A stretch of 63,130 bases of DNA, the filler included, from Octopus bimaculoides (taxonomy: Eukaryota): NCBI RefSeq assembly GCF_001194135.2. It is 4 parts of 4 records of this genome, joined end to end, with 100 filler letters (N's around TTAATTAATTAA, not from the genome) between each part and the next. Parts side by side here need not be neighbours in the genome. Positions count along the whole stretch, not along the records: positions 26,427 to 57,523 come from NC_068990.1; positions 57,624 to 60,934 come from NW_026369870.1; positions 61,035 to 63,130 come from NW_026383028.1; 1 more part is not named here. The stretch is one strand, 5' to 3'. This document shows, piece by piece, positions 50,570 through 63,090 of the stretch. Below the pieces are notes generated by a model. That model saw nothing but the letters and a program-made list of their open reading frames with translations, had not been told where the DNA came from and made no database searches. A program made the translations under genes and the position numbers. How positions within the stretch are numbered: position 1 is the first letter of the stretch; the number at the start of each line of letters is the position of its first letter.

Positions 50570-51780
50570 TAATAAGTCCTGTTTTTTTTTAAGGCCAAGT
50601 GATTCCACGAAGATTTACGACTATTGACGAAATTACAACATAATCTTCTTCGGTGACAGAAGGCATCACTCAAATAATTGTGATTAGTAAAACGACAAGT
50701 ATGGCATTTGAGGGTCTTACATCTGATTGCAATAAAACACTGATTATGAAGTTCCCTTTTGCGCTTGCGTGTTGAGACACGACAAATCCGACAGCAAGCC
50801 GCTGTTTTCATGTCTCAGTCTCAAATCTACTTAGGACGAGGCTCTCAGTTTATGACTTGTGATGCTTTCCTATCTTTTTTTGGAGAACAGTTATATCCCT
50901 TAAACTGAGGCAACTCAATGGCCGTCCAGCTGGAAACAGTGAAGTAGAATGTCCGAATGGAACTCTATGGCGGTCAATAATACTTGGTCTTCGTCCCTCC
51001 CACTAAAAAGTGATATTTTAGAGTAATCACTCCATGTGATTAGATCTCTTCTTTGTATTGTGACTGACTCTAACTTCCGTGAAAGACTGTTTCACTTTGA
51101 ACGTCTCTTGACGAACAGTCTTTACACGAGTCTCTGTTTGAACCTGAACAGGTTTTGCTTACTCCTAACGATAAATGAAAGCTACATATTAGTCGTGTAA
51201 AGCTAATGGACGCTCGTATCAAATTAGTCAAACAGTTGAAATGGCTCTATCTCATCAAAAGATATGACCCCATAGGGAAGATCGGATTCTACAAGGAATC
51301 CATCAAAGACTGATTTTACTAGAGAGTTCCATTCGTAACTTCCGCGATGTTTTAGATCAATTGATGATTGTACCGGGACATGGGTAAGAAATGGTGTTTA
51401 ACAAGCAAAAGAGGCGAAGGAAACCAACGTCGATCCAGTTATGGAAGAAGAATTCCAGATTCTGTCTCTAGAAATTTTTTATGGTTCAACAAAATATCAG
51501 GAAAGACTGGAAAACTAAGATGTTAAAGCGGTGGCGAATGCTACGAATGGACATTTCCTGTTATGGCGTTTATATGCATTATGTATGCGTCAAGTGAAAG
51601 CGAGCAGACAGCCATTTGCAAAAAGTCTCAACGTTTGCACTTTGTGCTTTGTTTGCTAAAGTTGCATGGTTTAGCTGAATAAAACTATTTTTCGTTACAA
51701 CAATAATAAGAAGAGATCTGTCCAATTGTTTCAGTCTCATCAGGGTCCGCGCATCCGTCTGTTGTTTCATTACGGAAACA
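50570..51780 (-). mobile_element. Possible highly degraded piggyBac-like transposase remnant
   Basis: Only weak motif echoes (CRICRVSTRKRKR Cys/basic C-terminus, VGGT, RFHL); not decisive. Confidence 0.25.
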
Positions 51781-52226
51781 TTGAATTTACTGTCACCATT
51801 ATTAAGACTTCATCAAACCGGAAAACCCGATTTGCATAAATAACATATTACTAGCAGGCAATCCAATGAACTAATTACTCACATTCCAAGCTTTTTCCTC
51901 AAACGAAGTAATATCAATTTTGGTGGAGTTTAAACGAATAAAAACACAAGGAGCCGATTCTGCCGTCCATTGAAATCTCCAGTTTGTAATCTAAAATAAT
52001 TTGAACTTAAACTGTGACACAGGATCACAGGTTTGTGGCAAATGAATACTTGTAATGGGCGTCGAAACGTTTGTTCGTGATTTATGGTGAAGTGGCGATA
52101 AATGCACACTGAAGCAGGAACACAAACTTACACAGGTATACATATGCAAATACACGTAGGTGTGAAGCCAATGGGGTGGCGGAACTCCTATAGTAAGTAG
52201 GGGAGGAGTTAATTGTAAGTGTATAA

Positions 52227-52393
52227 GCAGGGACAACTCTAGGGTTGCTGGCGCCCCGGGACAGCTGAACTTGGGCGTGTACAAGTTGACGGTCGTGGAA
52301 ATTTCCTTGTCTTTGTTACGCCCTGCTTGGCGTCACCTAGCACATGGCGCCCCGGGCGATTGCCCGAGTTGCCGGTACTTTGAGCCGGCCCGG
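52227..52393. mobile_element. GC-rich hAT-like MITE, degenerate
   Basis: Ends cagggacaactc / gagccggcccgg resemble a CAGGGCCGGCTC-type TIR pair; internal ggcgccc(c)ggg motifs. Confidence 0.4.
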
Positions 52394-52633
52394 TGTATAA
52401 GATATTGTGGGGGCGATTCTGTTCTAAGAAAAATAACGCATTATTAATTTTACTGAAACATAAGCTAATGTGTAGTTTATATTAAATGACTGTTCTGGTG
52501 TACATATATGTGTGCAGTTGTGTGTGTGTTGGCATAGACTTGTACGTCTACGTGTGGATGTATATCTGTGTATGTTGAATATATTTGCAGGTTAAATGCC
52601 TCCATATACATTGATTTGTGCCTGTCAACGTCC

Positions 52634-52808
52634 TGTAATCGCGATTTCTGGGATATTTTCCTTCATCAGCATAGAATAATTGCTCGGCTAGAGGTGGCAC
52701 TACCAAATTCCCGTTCGAAATATATTTTGGGAATTTGGCAGCGCCACCTCTAGCCGAGCAATTATTCTGTGCTGAAGAAGGGAAATAACCTGGAAATTGC
52801 GATACACA
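52634..52808. repeat. Long imperfect palindrome (about 80-bp arms, 16-nt loop); foldback/MITE
   Basis: cttcatcagcatagaataattgctcggctagaggtggcactaccaaattccc vs reverse complement of right arm: 4 mismatches in 52 bp, extending outward more loosely. Confidence 0.9.
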
Positions 52809-53565
52809 GATATTGTTTTGAGCTGAGTGGGGGTGCTAGATTCCTTTGTTCGAAAATATAAGGACACAGATCGTATCGTATAGCCAGCTGGAGACGATGC
52901 CTCATGGGGCTAAATTACAGCAAAATTCGTCCTAAACCATGACTGCCATGTTATGTTGGCAAACAATCTTTACTACAAAGTACTGTTGCTGAATATCTCA
53001 CGTTGTGAGATTTGAAAATAGTAATTTTCTAATGAAAAGTATTTGTAGAAAGTTATGAGGAAACAAAGCCGACTCGAGTGAAATTTCCAAAACCCCCCGC
53101 CACACCTTTGGAAATAAATTTTCACATTAAATTCAAATATAATCGAAATCTACATCATCTGAAGTGTATTTGTAGAAAATTTCATTAAAAATGTCCATTT
53201 TTCTGAAATTTATAAAGAAGCAAAAATCGGCGGAAGTGGGAGTTAGCACTTGCGTAAGTATGCCAGGATGTTGTACCTCAGCTGCTATTTCTGAAATACT
53301 TAAGATATCATTTAAGAGGGGTACTATACCCGGATGTGCATGTGAACACGGCATAACGAGTTCTATTAATAAAATTAAAGAATTTCACAAGTTCTCTCCA
53401 TGGAGTTATTAGAAGTTTCTGTCACCATTTCTGGTCAATTTACTTTCCTTTTTTTAAAACTCCTAAACTCTTAAACTTTTCCTTCAATATGGGTTTTGAG
53501 AGAATTTCTTGAGTCGGCAGTTCCAGACTCGAAGCGAACGAGAGCTTCACCGTTTTGCTCTTGCT

Positions 53566-53819
53566 CAGTGCTTCCCAACCGGGCAAATCCTATAAGGATT
53601 CTTGACGGTCCTTGGAGGATTTTGTGGCTAAAGTTTATGCGCAATGAGTTGCTTGCACAAAATATTTTAACAAATATTTTTATACAATTTCTAATAATAT
53701 TGGATTGTAAAAATGCAATAGGATTTTTTAAAAGACGGTATGGTTAGTGGATTGTGGGGCGTTGAGTAAATCAGGAATCAAAGGGCTCCATAGAGGAAAA
53801 AAATGGTTAACTACCACTG
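53566..53819. mobile_element. Degenerate hAT MITE related to 14073-14401
   Basis: CAGTG...AACC / GGTT...CACTG ends; shared subterminal aaaaaatggtt; no clear TSD. Confidence 0.55.
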
Positions 53820-54934
53820 ATGTACACGGTGAAATATCTGCGAGAAATAGAAGTCAGTTTCGGCTCAAATCACACCATTTTGTTTTAAATTAATGTTCAC
53901 ACCTATCAGGCTGAGTAAAAAGTAAGCAATGTTTTGAAACATGAAACTCATCACGATATATTTCAACAATGGGGAAGTTTTATTCATCATAGTCAGTACC
54001 ATTACAATCAACACATTTTTGGCAACGAGTTACAAGTTTGTTTATTCTGGTAACATAAAAATCTGGAGTTCTGAAGCTGATGAACTCTTTGAATGTACTT
54101 TCAACATCGGTTTGATTTTTGAACTCCTTCTCTCGCAGGAAACAATCAAGGTGCTTGAAAAAGTGGTAGTGGGTAGGAGAAAAGTCTGGGGAATAAACTG
54201 GGTGAGGAAGAACTTCGTAGCCAAGTTCCCTCAACTTCTGGAGCGTCATTAGTGAAACGCGTGGTCGAGCATTGTCACGAAGAATGATTGGTCCTCTTCT
54301 GTTGACCAGTCTGGGACGGAGGAGCAGCAGATTTTCCTTCATTTTGGCAATTTCATGACAATGTGTTTCTGCAGTAATGGTTTTTCCGGGTTGTAAGATG
54401 TTATAGTGGATGAATCCAGCAGAACACCACTAAACAGTTACCATAACCTTTTTGGAGAGCTCGGGTTTAGGGAAGGTTTTCCGTGCTTCATTTTGGTCCA
54501 ACCACTGCGAAGAGCGTTTTTTTATTATTGTATAGAATCCACTTTTCATCGCAAGTTACAATACGGTCGAGAAATGGATCGGTCTAGTTACGGAGAAGAA
54601 GCGAAGAGCAAATTTCATATCTGCGCATTTTCTGATTTTCATTCAAATCGTGTGGTGCCCACTTGTCGAACATTTTTTGATCTTCCGATCGCATGCAAAT
54701 GGTTGCAGGCAGTTTTCTGGTGAACTTGAAGTTCTTTTGCCAGTTCTCGAGTGGTTTTACGTGGATCTTTCTCCATGACGCTCACGATCTTCAAGGCTCA
54801 GGTCTCCACTGCGAAAACGTTTAAATCCTTTTCGAGCTGATCACTCACTGGTCATTTCCCCACCAAACATTTCGTTGATATCGCGAGCAGTTTCAGCTGC
54901 TTTTCGTCCTTTTTTGAAGTTGAATAGGATGGGG

Positions 54935-56000
54935 GTTAACATCAATATCCTGAGTTCTCTTTTTTCTCCTTTTCCAGCTCACCGCCCTCCACTCTTCTGC
55001 TTTCTCTTCCACCACTTGTGCCTCCTTTCCAGGTTCCTCCACATTCCCTCCTGTATCACTTGTCATTTCAGGAGATAGAGGTGCGACTTACCCTCGGCCT
55101 GCAACACTGCTGGTGTCTCTGTGGTCGGCGAAGAACACTCCTTTCTTATGTGGCCCTTCTGGATATATTTATAGCAGCGGGATTTCCTACCTTCCACAAT
55201 GACTCTCAAAACCACCTCGTCTCCCACCTTTATGGTATCTTCTATTCTTTCGAGGTCCTCCGGTGCAGCCTGAATGATTATTTCCAGGGTCTGCTCTTGC
55301 CAATTCTTCGGTGGAGCTCTTGTTACTCGGAAGACCGATATCTTCTCTTCAACATCCAACAATATTCAAAATAAATGAATAAATAAATAAATAGAATAAA
55401 ATAAGATTGGATGGTCATAAATGGAATGTTTTCTTTTATTGTAGACATCTATCTCCGGGGGAATCTTTTCCACCCTTACCCTGGAAGCACGTCTTCCAAG
55501 GTAAGTAGGTAGAAGTATTTCCTCGTCCGTTTTCAGGGAGGCATCTGAATGTTGCCTGGCCTTCTCCTCGGATGCAAATCGTACCTCCACCGTAGCGTAT
55601 TTTCTCCCTCTGGCAAGGTAGGTGACATCCTGGCAGATGGGTCTCAGAACCTTCTCTACTTGTATTTTTGTCACTATGTATATTTTCTTTGTCCCCAGAC
55701 TATACGTTCTGTATATTACTGGCTTTCTTTGTGTGTTCCTTGCAATTCACTAGGAGGGGCCACTTTTACCTCGTGCCCCTCCTTTCGCAGGATTTCCTTG
55801 TACTTTTTTAAAGTCCGCTTTCTTGAAATAAATTTCTTCACTTTTTTCGTCAACCGCAGCTGCAAAGTTCATTTTTTTTTTCACCTTCATTTTTTTTCAA
55901 TCTTCTGGTCTGCAATTTCCAAACCTTTCAGCATTCCTCCTCAGACGTTGTTACGTCTGAATAATTCAAATCTTCATTTCTGAAGACAGAAATAAAGAGC
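54935..56000 (-). mobile_element. Tx1/L1-clade LINE ORF1 (gag-like) fragment
   Basis: VEKVLRPICQDVTYLARGRKYATVEVRF...RVRVEKIPPEIDV / LRVIVEGRKSRCYKYIQKGHIRKEC (CCHC knuckle, one Cys lost) / EWRAVSWKRRKK. Confidence 0.75.
55366..55445 (+). repeat. About 80-bp direct copy of 56371-56451 inserted in the Tx1 ORF1
   Basis: tcaaaataaatga...ataagattggatggtcataaatggaatgttttcttttattgtaga present twice. Confidence 0.9.
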
Positions 56001-56481
56001 GTCCCCCTTCCAACAAGCGTGAGGACAGCGTTAACAAAACTGCCAAAAGACAGCAAAAACAAGTGTCTCAAGACACAACAATTAATAGCAAATATAATTC
56101 CGATTGAACAATCTTTCACTAATCTTTCGAACAACGCAAAAACAAAATTCACGACCAACTCGGTCAGAGATGATTGTAACAAAGGTGAAAAATATATCAA
56201 TATTAATTTATAGATGTGTTTGGTCAAGTCTATGCTTGTATTATCGGACAATTGTAAAAAAAAATGTTTAAAAAAAGATTCAAAACTGCAAAAATCCGGT
56301 ACAAATTCTTCATAGCTCAAAACAGTGCTTCTTTCTTTTTTTTTATTCAATCTGATAGTTACACTGTGCCTCAAAATAAATGAGTAAATAAATAAAATAA
56401 AATAAAATAAGATTGGATGGTCATAAATGGAATGTTTTCTTTTATTGTAGATATGTACAATGAAAGTTGACCCGAGGCTAA

Positions 56482-56660
56482 TGAAGAAGAAGAAGAAGAA
56501 GAAGGAGGAGGAGGAGAAGGAGAAGAAGAAGTAAAGAAGAAGTAAAGAAGAAGAAGTAAAGAAGAAAAAGAAAAAGAAGAACTAAAGAAGAAGAAGGGAA
56601 AGAAGGGAAAGAAAGAAAAGAAGAAAAAGGGAAAGAAGAAAAAGAAATGGAAAAAGAAGA
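56482..56660. repeat. (GAA/GGA)-rich low-complexity tract
   Basis: Seen directly. Confidence 0.9.
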
Positions 56661-57963
56661 ACAACATATAGGGTGTTTTACCGCTAACAGTACTGCGCGC
56701 GTCCACGCATGCGTGTATTGATTGCAGGGCATTGACTTGTACAAACACTTGCATTCACAATTGCATGCGTATCTTCGCTCCACATAGAAACACACAACAT
56801 ACAGCAGATATATAACGTATACACATATTCATGTGACATAAAGGTACATGCATACGCATACGTGTGAGAACGCGCGCGAACACATACAAGCACGCAAATT
56901 CAAACACACACACACACACACACACACNNNNNNNNNNATATATATATATACACATACAGGTTGATAAATATCTCGACTTTTCCACGAAGCCAACGACTGA
57001 TCGATTTTCGTAAAAGTACATTAATTACGCAGCATTAAAGAGAGAAAGAGGGACAGTGTGTGCGTGCATGTGTGTGTGTATGCGTACGTGTGTGTGTGCG
57101 TGTGTGTGTGTTTGTGCGCTTCCGTGATTCTAGGTTACGAGTCGCCCGCTCGCTCCTCCCACCCAACCCGTAGCACCAGTTGCTATACTCGTTCTCTCTC
57201 GTACGCCAGTCCTTACAATGTCAAGTTATGTTTATACAGATCCATCTCTTCAACCAACTTTTTCTGCTTGTTACTTTTTATGCAGGAGGTTCCTCTGCGA
57301 TACTTCCCCCACTCTTTTAAAGATATTGTTGATTTCGCATTACCATTTTCCCGTCCACACACACACACACACGCACGCGCGTAACAAATGCACGCGCGTA
57401 ACAAATGCACGCGTGCAAATATAAATAGGTACACATGTACGTTTCTTTCTTTAAGAACGCCTACGATTGTGTGTGTGTGTGTGACTGTGTGACTGTGTGT
57501 ATGTGTGTGTGTGTGCCTATATANNNNNNNNNNNNNNNNNNNNNNNNNNNNNNNNNNNNNNNNNNNNTTAATTAATTAANNNNNNNNNNNNNNNNNNNNN
57601 NNNNNNNNNNNNNNNNNNNNNNNATATTCTAAAAGAATATGTAACTGAACTTATATTAAGTGCTCTGTTATTTTGAGCAAATAAATATATATATATATGT
57701 GTGTTTTTATATTATTAATAAATTCATAAAACTATCAATAATATTCGCAGGAAATCAATATTTAATATTTAAATTTCAAAAGATATATATCCAATATGAC
57801 ATGGTAATATAATAAATTTAAAATTTAAGATATACGAAATATAAATATAAATATATATAAAAATATGAAGGTAGATAAAGATACATGTGAATATAAATGC
57901 ATATAAAAATTTATACGTAATTGAGCATGAATATTATAAAGTCAAACATTTTTTAAAATTAAA

Positions 57964-58053
57964 CATCTGACGATCGTTTCGCGGATATATTATTGTAACC
58001 ACAATGTAATCAAAAGATCAGCATACTATCAATAATTCCGCTCTTCGGAGATG
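57964..58053 (-). ncRNA. Type I hammerhead ribozyme motif, Penelope type, with U4C core variant
   Basis: CAUCU-CCGAAGA-GCGGA(AUUAUUG...CAAUAAU AUA)UCCGC-GAAA-C(GAUC)G-UC-AGAUG: 5-bp stem I, extended stem II, palindromic stem III, GUC cleavage triplet. Confidence 0.8.
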
Positions 58054-58344
58054 AATGGATTTATAATCTATGTGTTAAGAACGAATGGTATATGTAATAT
58101 TAATTAAAATATCAAAAAATATTAAAAATATTAAAGTGTATACTGTCCTTTAAAGAAATTGTAAAATTAATCCTTCTGTAATTTGGAAAGTTCATTTTTT
58201 TATCCTTTGTTGAAATTTTAAGTGATATATATTTTTTTCTTTTTATAAAAATTGGTATGTTTTTCTGAATATATATATACGACTTCGGTATGTAATTATA
58301 GTAAAATTCATCTTGTTGTTGGATATGTTGGTAGTCCTATTTTT

Positions 58345-58345
<1 letters not shown>

Positions 58346-58438
<93 letters not shown>
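58346..58438. repeat. (GATA)n/(GACA)n microsatellite
   Basis: Seen directly. Confidence 0.95.
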
Positions 58439-59527
58439 TGTTTCTTTATTAGCCACACAGGGCTCAACATAGAGGGGACAAAATATAAATNNNNNNNNNN
58501 NNNNNNNNNNNNNNNNNNNNNNNNNNNNNNNNNNNNNNNNNNNNNNNNNNNNNNNNNNNNNNNNNNNNNNNNNNNNNNNNNNNNNNNNNNNNNNNNNNNN
58601 NNNNNNNNNNNNNNNNNNNNNNNNNNNNNNNNNNNNNNNNNNNNNNNNNNNNNNNNNNNNNNNNNNNNNNNNNNNNNNNNNNNNNNNNNNNNNNNNNNNN
58701 NNNNNNNNNNNNNNNNNNNNNNNNNNNNNNNNNNNNNNNNNNNNNNNNNNNNNNNNNNNNNNNNNNNNNNNNNNNNNNNNNNNNNNNNNNNNNNNNNNNN
58801 NNNNNNNNNNNNNNNNNNNNNNNNNNNNNNNNNNNNNNNNNNNNNNNNNNNNNNNNNNNNNNNNNNNNNNNNNNNNNNNNNNNNNNNNNNNNNNNNNNNN
58901 NNNNNNNNNNNNNNNNNNNNNNNNNNNNNNNNNNNNNNNNNNNNNNNNNNNNNNNNNNNNNNNNNNNNNNNNNNNNNNNNNNNNNNNNNNNNNNNNNNNN
59001 NNNNNNNNNNNNNNNNNNNNNNNNNNNNNNNNNNNNNNNNNNNNNNNNNNNNNNNNNNNNNNNNNNNNNNNNNNNNNNNNNNNNNNNNNNNNNNNNNNNN
59101 NNNNNNNNNNNNNNNNNNNNNNNNNNNNNNNNNNNNNNNNNNNNNNNNCTCTGACCGCATCTCGGGCAGGTCGGCCCCGCATTTCGCGAGCCGTGTCTAT
59201 AGAGCTTATCCCGAACGGGTAGCGCTTCTCGGTAGCACTGCCAGGCCAGGGATCTCTGGAAGTTGTCCATAGGTCCCGGCCCGAAAGTCGTCCTGAACAG
59301 GCGGGTCAGGTATTCCTCGTCGACGCCCAGGTTCGCCCCGAGATCGTCGTCGTACCTGCCCTCCACTAATCCCTTATAGAATGACTTCGTTGTGATGCAG
59401 CCGCTCAAAGTCGACTCGGGAAGGCAAAGTTGTTGCAGAGCAACCCGACACTCACGGTGCCATTCGCCATTCCTCGGCCTCTTCTTGATCCACGACTGTA
59501 GCTCGGTCATGGAGACGAGCTGCGGGA
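58439..59527 (-). mobile_element. 5'-truncated Tx1/L1-clade LINE: ORF2 C-terminus (59149-59526) and putative 3' end (58439-58490) across an N gap
   Basis: Stop-free TKSFYKGLVEG...MDNFQRSLAWQCYREALPVRDKLYRHG...TCPRCGQ (zf-RVT region); 3' piece ends AATAAAGAAACA(TATC)n. Confidence 0.8.

Positions 59528-59598
<71 letters not shown>
59528..59598. repeat. (GATA)n microsatellite
   Basis: Seen directly. Confidence 0.95.
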
Positions 59599-60109
59599 TA
59601 CATACATATATGTATGTATATATGTTCATGTATGTATCTATGTACGTATGTATGTTTGCATCTATGAGTACCACAGTCCTGGCAGAGTACATCATACATA
59701 AATGCAGATTCGATGTATTAAAATATTAAAATGAATGACTTTTGCAAAATTCCCCTCGTTCCTTTATCTAAAGAATTTGTCAAAGACCTTTTAACAAATT
59801 CTGTACAGCAGAAGAAGACAATAGTCTTGTAAAAGTCAGTGTCCTTTAAATATTTGATAAACAAATAGCATTCATTCATACATACATACATATATATATA
59901 TATGTGTGTGCGTGTGTGTTTGTGTGTATATGTATATGTATATATATATATAGACAGGTAGATAGAAAATAGATAGGTAGCTAGACGGAGAGATATACCT
60001 GAAGATACTTGTGAAAATGTTCAAAATGTATAACTTAACATCGAAGACTTCAATTGCAAATATGCATGTTCACTCATAAAATATGCATGATAAATAAATG
60101 TAAATATAT

Positions 60110-60156
60110 ATGTATATAGTTTGTATCTGTCTGCGCGCATATTTGTGCATGTGTGC

Positions 60157-60244
<88 letters not shown>

Positions 60245-60547
60245 GTGTGTGTGTGTATGTGTGTGTATGTGTGTGTGTGTGTGTATGTGTGTGTGTGTAT
60301 GTGTGCGTATGTGTGTGTGTATGTGTGTGTGTATGTGTGTGTATGTGTGTGTGTATGTGTGTGTATGTGTGTGTATGTGTATGTGTGTGTGTGTATGTGT
60401 GTGTATGTGTGTGTGTATGTGTGTGTGTATGTGTGCGTATGTGTATGTGTATGTGTGCGTATGTGTGTGTATGTGTGTGTGTATGTGTGTGTGTATGTGT
60501 GTGTGTATGTGTGTGTGTGTGTGTATGTGTGTGTGTGTGTGTGTGTA
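60110..60547. repeat. Long (TG)n/(TATG) compound tract
   Basis: Seen directly; explains the poly-HT/CV ORFs. Confidence 0.95.
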
Positions 60548-60565
60548 TTATATATGTATAAATTA

Positions 60566-60700
60566 TAGGCGCAGGCGTGGCTGAGTGGTAAGAAGCTTGT
60601 TTTCCATCCACATGGTACAGAGTACTTCTGCTATGCCCTCAGGCCAACCGAATCCCTGTGAGATGGGTTTTGATAGACGGTCACTGAAAGAAGCTCGTCG

Positions 60701-60773
<73 letters not shown>

Positions 60774-60830
60774 CATTTCATTTCATTTCAAAGTTTCAGC
60801 TCAGAGCTGCGGCTATGCTGATGCACCAAA
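60566..60830 (+). mobile_element. SINE family C with internal deletions; internal repeat is (TATC)n(TA)n
   Basis: ggcgcaggcgtggctgagtggtaagaagcttg head; ctgaaagaagctcgtcgt then microsatellite. Confidence 0.75.
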
Positions 60831-63090
60831 CAATATATGAGTATATGCATATATATGTACATGTATGTATATACGTTCATCTACATGTACATATAGATAC
60901 ACAACTGGGTACAAGACGTAGCAAAAGAACAAGGNNNNNNNNNNNNNNNNNNNNNNNNNNNNNNNNNNNNNNNNNNNNTTAATTAATTAANNNNNNNNNN
61001 NNNNNNNNNNNNNNNNNNNNNNNNNNNNNNNNNNAAAATATTTTGACAAATTAAATTTAAATGTTGAAGTGAATCTAACGGGGTTTTTTTGTAGTATTTT
61101 AAATGTCTTATAAACACCTTCCACGCTGCAATTATTTTCGTTCCAGCACACGATCTCAAATCAGGTCACTTGCTATGCAAGTACATCTCCGTAAAAAAAT
61201 TTAGGTTTTACTTTTATTTTTATACAACATAATATTACATGTTTTTTGTTATACCTTGATTACAAACTTTTTCCCTCTGCGCACTTAATGTTTATCTAGA
61301 TCCCATTATAGCACCCTAAGATTCATAGTGTACGTCCCTTTAACTGAAAATAATGACAAGAGTTAATGTCACCCCTGCCCTCTTTATGGGCATTTACTGC
61401 TATCTAATTGACTCCTTCTAAGGTTTATCTCTTTTTGTGGTGAGGGGTCCTTATGGCAGTAAGAAATTAGGGAATAGTAAGAAATAAGGAATAGGAGAAA
61501 CATCTAGTAATATTTATTTATGACCAGCAACCAGCTCAGAGCTGTCAACTCACAATGTTCTTTATTCTCAATAAACGTAGTATTCTAGCCTTGTTGTTGA
61601 TAAGAAGGTAGATAAAAAAATTAGAAATGAATTATAATCCGATGACCCCACCACTCCACTGTGTTCTATACCACTCCAAAATTGTAGTTCTTCTCTTAGA
61701 TTATTCTTGCTACATGAAATTCTTTCATCCTCTAGCTCTGATAAAATATTTGAGAAAAAATTATGTCAATATATCTTGTCTGTTGAAAATCCATATTTAT
61801 TGCAACTGACGATAGCACTGCATTATATATATATATATATATATATATNNNNNNNNNNNNNNNNNNNNNNNNNNNNNNNNNNNNNNNNNNNNNNNNNNNN
61901 NNNNNNNNNNNNNNNNNNNNNNNNNNNNNNNNNNNNNNNNNNNNNNNNNNNNNNNNNNNNNNNNNNNNNNNNNNNNNNNNNNNNNNNNNNNNNNNNNNNN
62001 NNNNNNNNNNNNNNNNNNNNNNNNNNNNNNNNNNNNNNNNNNNNNNNNNNNNNNNNNNNNNNNNNNNNNNNNNNNNNNNNNNNNNNNNNNNNNNNNNNNN
62101 NNNNNNNNNNNNNNNNNNNNNNNNNNNNNNNNNNNNNNNNNNNNNNNNNNNNNNNNNNNNNNNNNNNNNNNNNNNNNNNNNNNNNNNNNNNNNNNNNNNN
62201 NNNNNNNNNNNNNNNNNNNNNNNNNNNNNNNNNNNNNNNNNNNNNNNNNNNNNNNNNNNNNNNNNNNNNNNNNNNNNNNNNNNNNNNNNNNNNNNNNNNN
62301 NNNNNNNNNNNNNNNNNNNNNNNNNNNNNNNNNNNNNNNNNNNNNNNNNNNNNNNNNNNNNNNNNNNNNNNNNNNNNNNNNNNNNNNNNNNNNNNNNNNN
62401 NNNNNNNNNNNNNNNNNNNNNNNNNNNNNNNNNNNNNNNNNNNNNNNNNNNNNNNNNNNNNNNNNNNNNNNNNNNNNNNNNNNNNNNNNNNNNNNNNNNN
62501 NNNNNNNNNNNNNNNNNNNNNNNNNNNNNNNNNNNNNNNNNNNNNNNNNNNNNNNNNNNNNNNNNNNNNNNNNNNNNNNNNNNNNNNNNNNNNNNNNNNN
62601 NNNNNNNNNNNNNNNNNNNNNNNNNNNNNNNNNNNNNNNNNNNNNNNNNNNNNNNNNNNNNNNNNNNNNNNNNNNNNNNNNNNNNNNNNNNNNNNNNNNN
62701 NNNNNNNNNNNNNNNNNNNNNNNNNNNNNNNNNNNNNATATATATAAGTATGTATAAACTAATCTCTGGATTGATCGTCTGCATTATTGTAGCTGAAGGA
62801 TTTGTGTTAAGTCCACAACGGCTTACGTATCGTTACTTCTCGGAAAAAGAAAGATTAAGAGCTAGTTTGGATGCTTACTGAGAAATTTTAAATATCTTCC
62901 TCTAGTTATTATACCAAACACATCGTTAACGTTAGTGTGTGTGTGTGTGTGTGTTTGTGTGTGTGTGTTCATGCGTGCGTGTACATGTATGTAAATATGT
63001 ATTTATGTAATGATAAATGAATGGATGAATGAATTCATATCTGGTGTAGCCACATTTCTTCGTACGTATACATGTAATACTATATTCACA

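Larger units (their letters stand above)
53904..56357 (-). mobile_element. Mariner (DD34D) transposon, interrupted by a Tx1-like ORF1 piece; transposase remnant about 53980-54930
   Basis: LFNFKKGRKAAETARDIN (HTH); RDNARP-x-YSPDFSPT(H)YHFF with D-x34 spacing and third D mutated to H; TA+TCAGGCTGAGTAAAAAGTAAGCAATGTTTTGAA at 53904 and a degenerate inverted copy at 56317-56357. Confidence 0.85.

Noticed and set aside
52684-52760. Paired CTCF-like sites in the palindrome arms (AGGTGGCACTA / AGCGCCACCT)
   Set aside because: Only the 3' half of the motif matches; the 5' core positions do not
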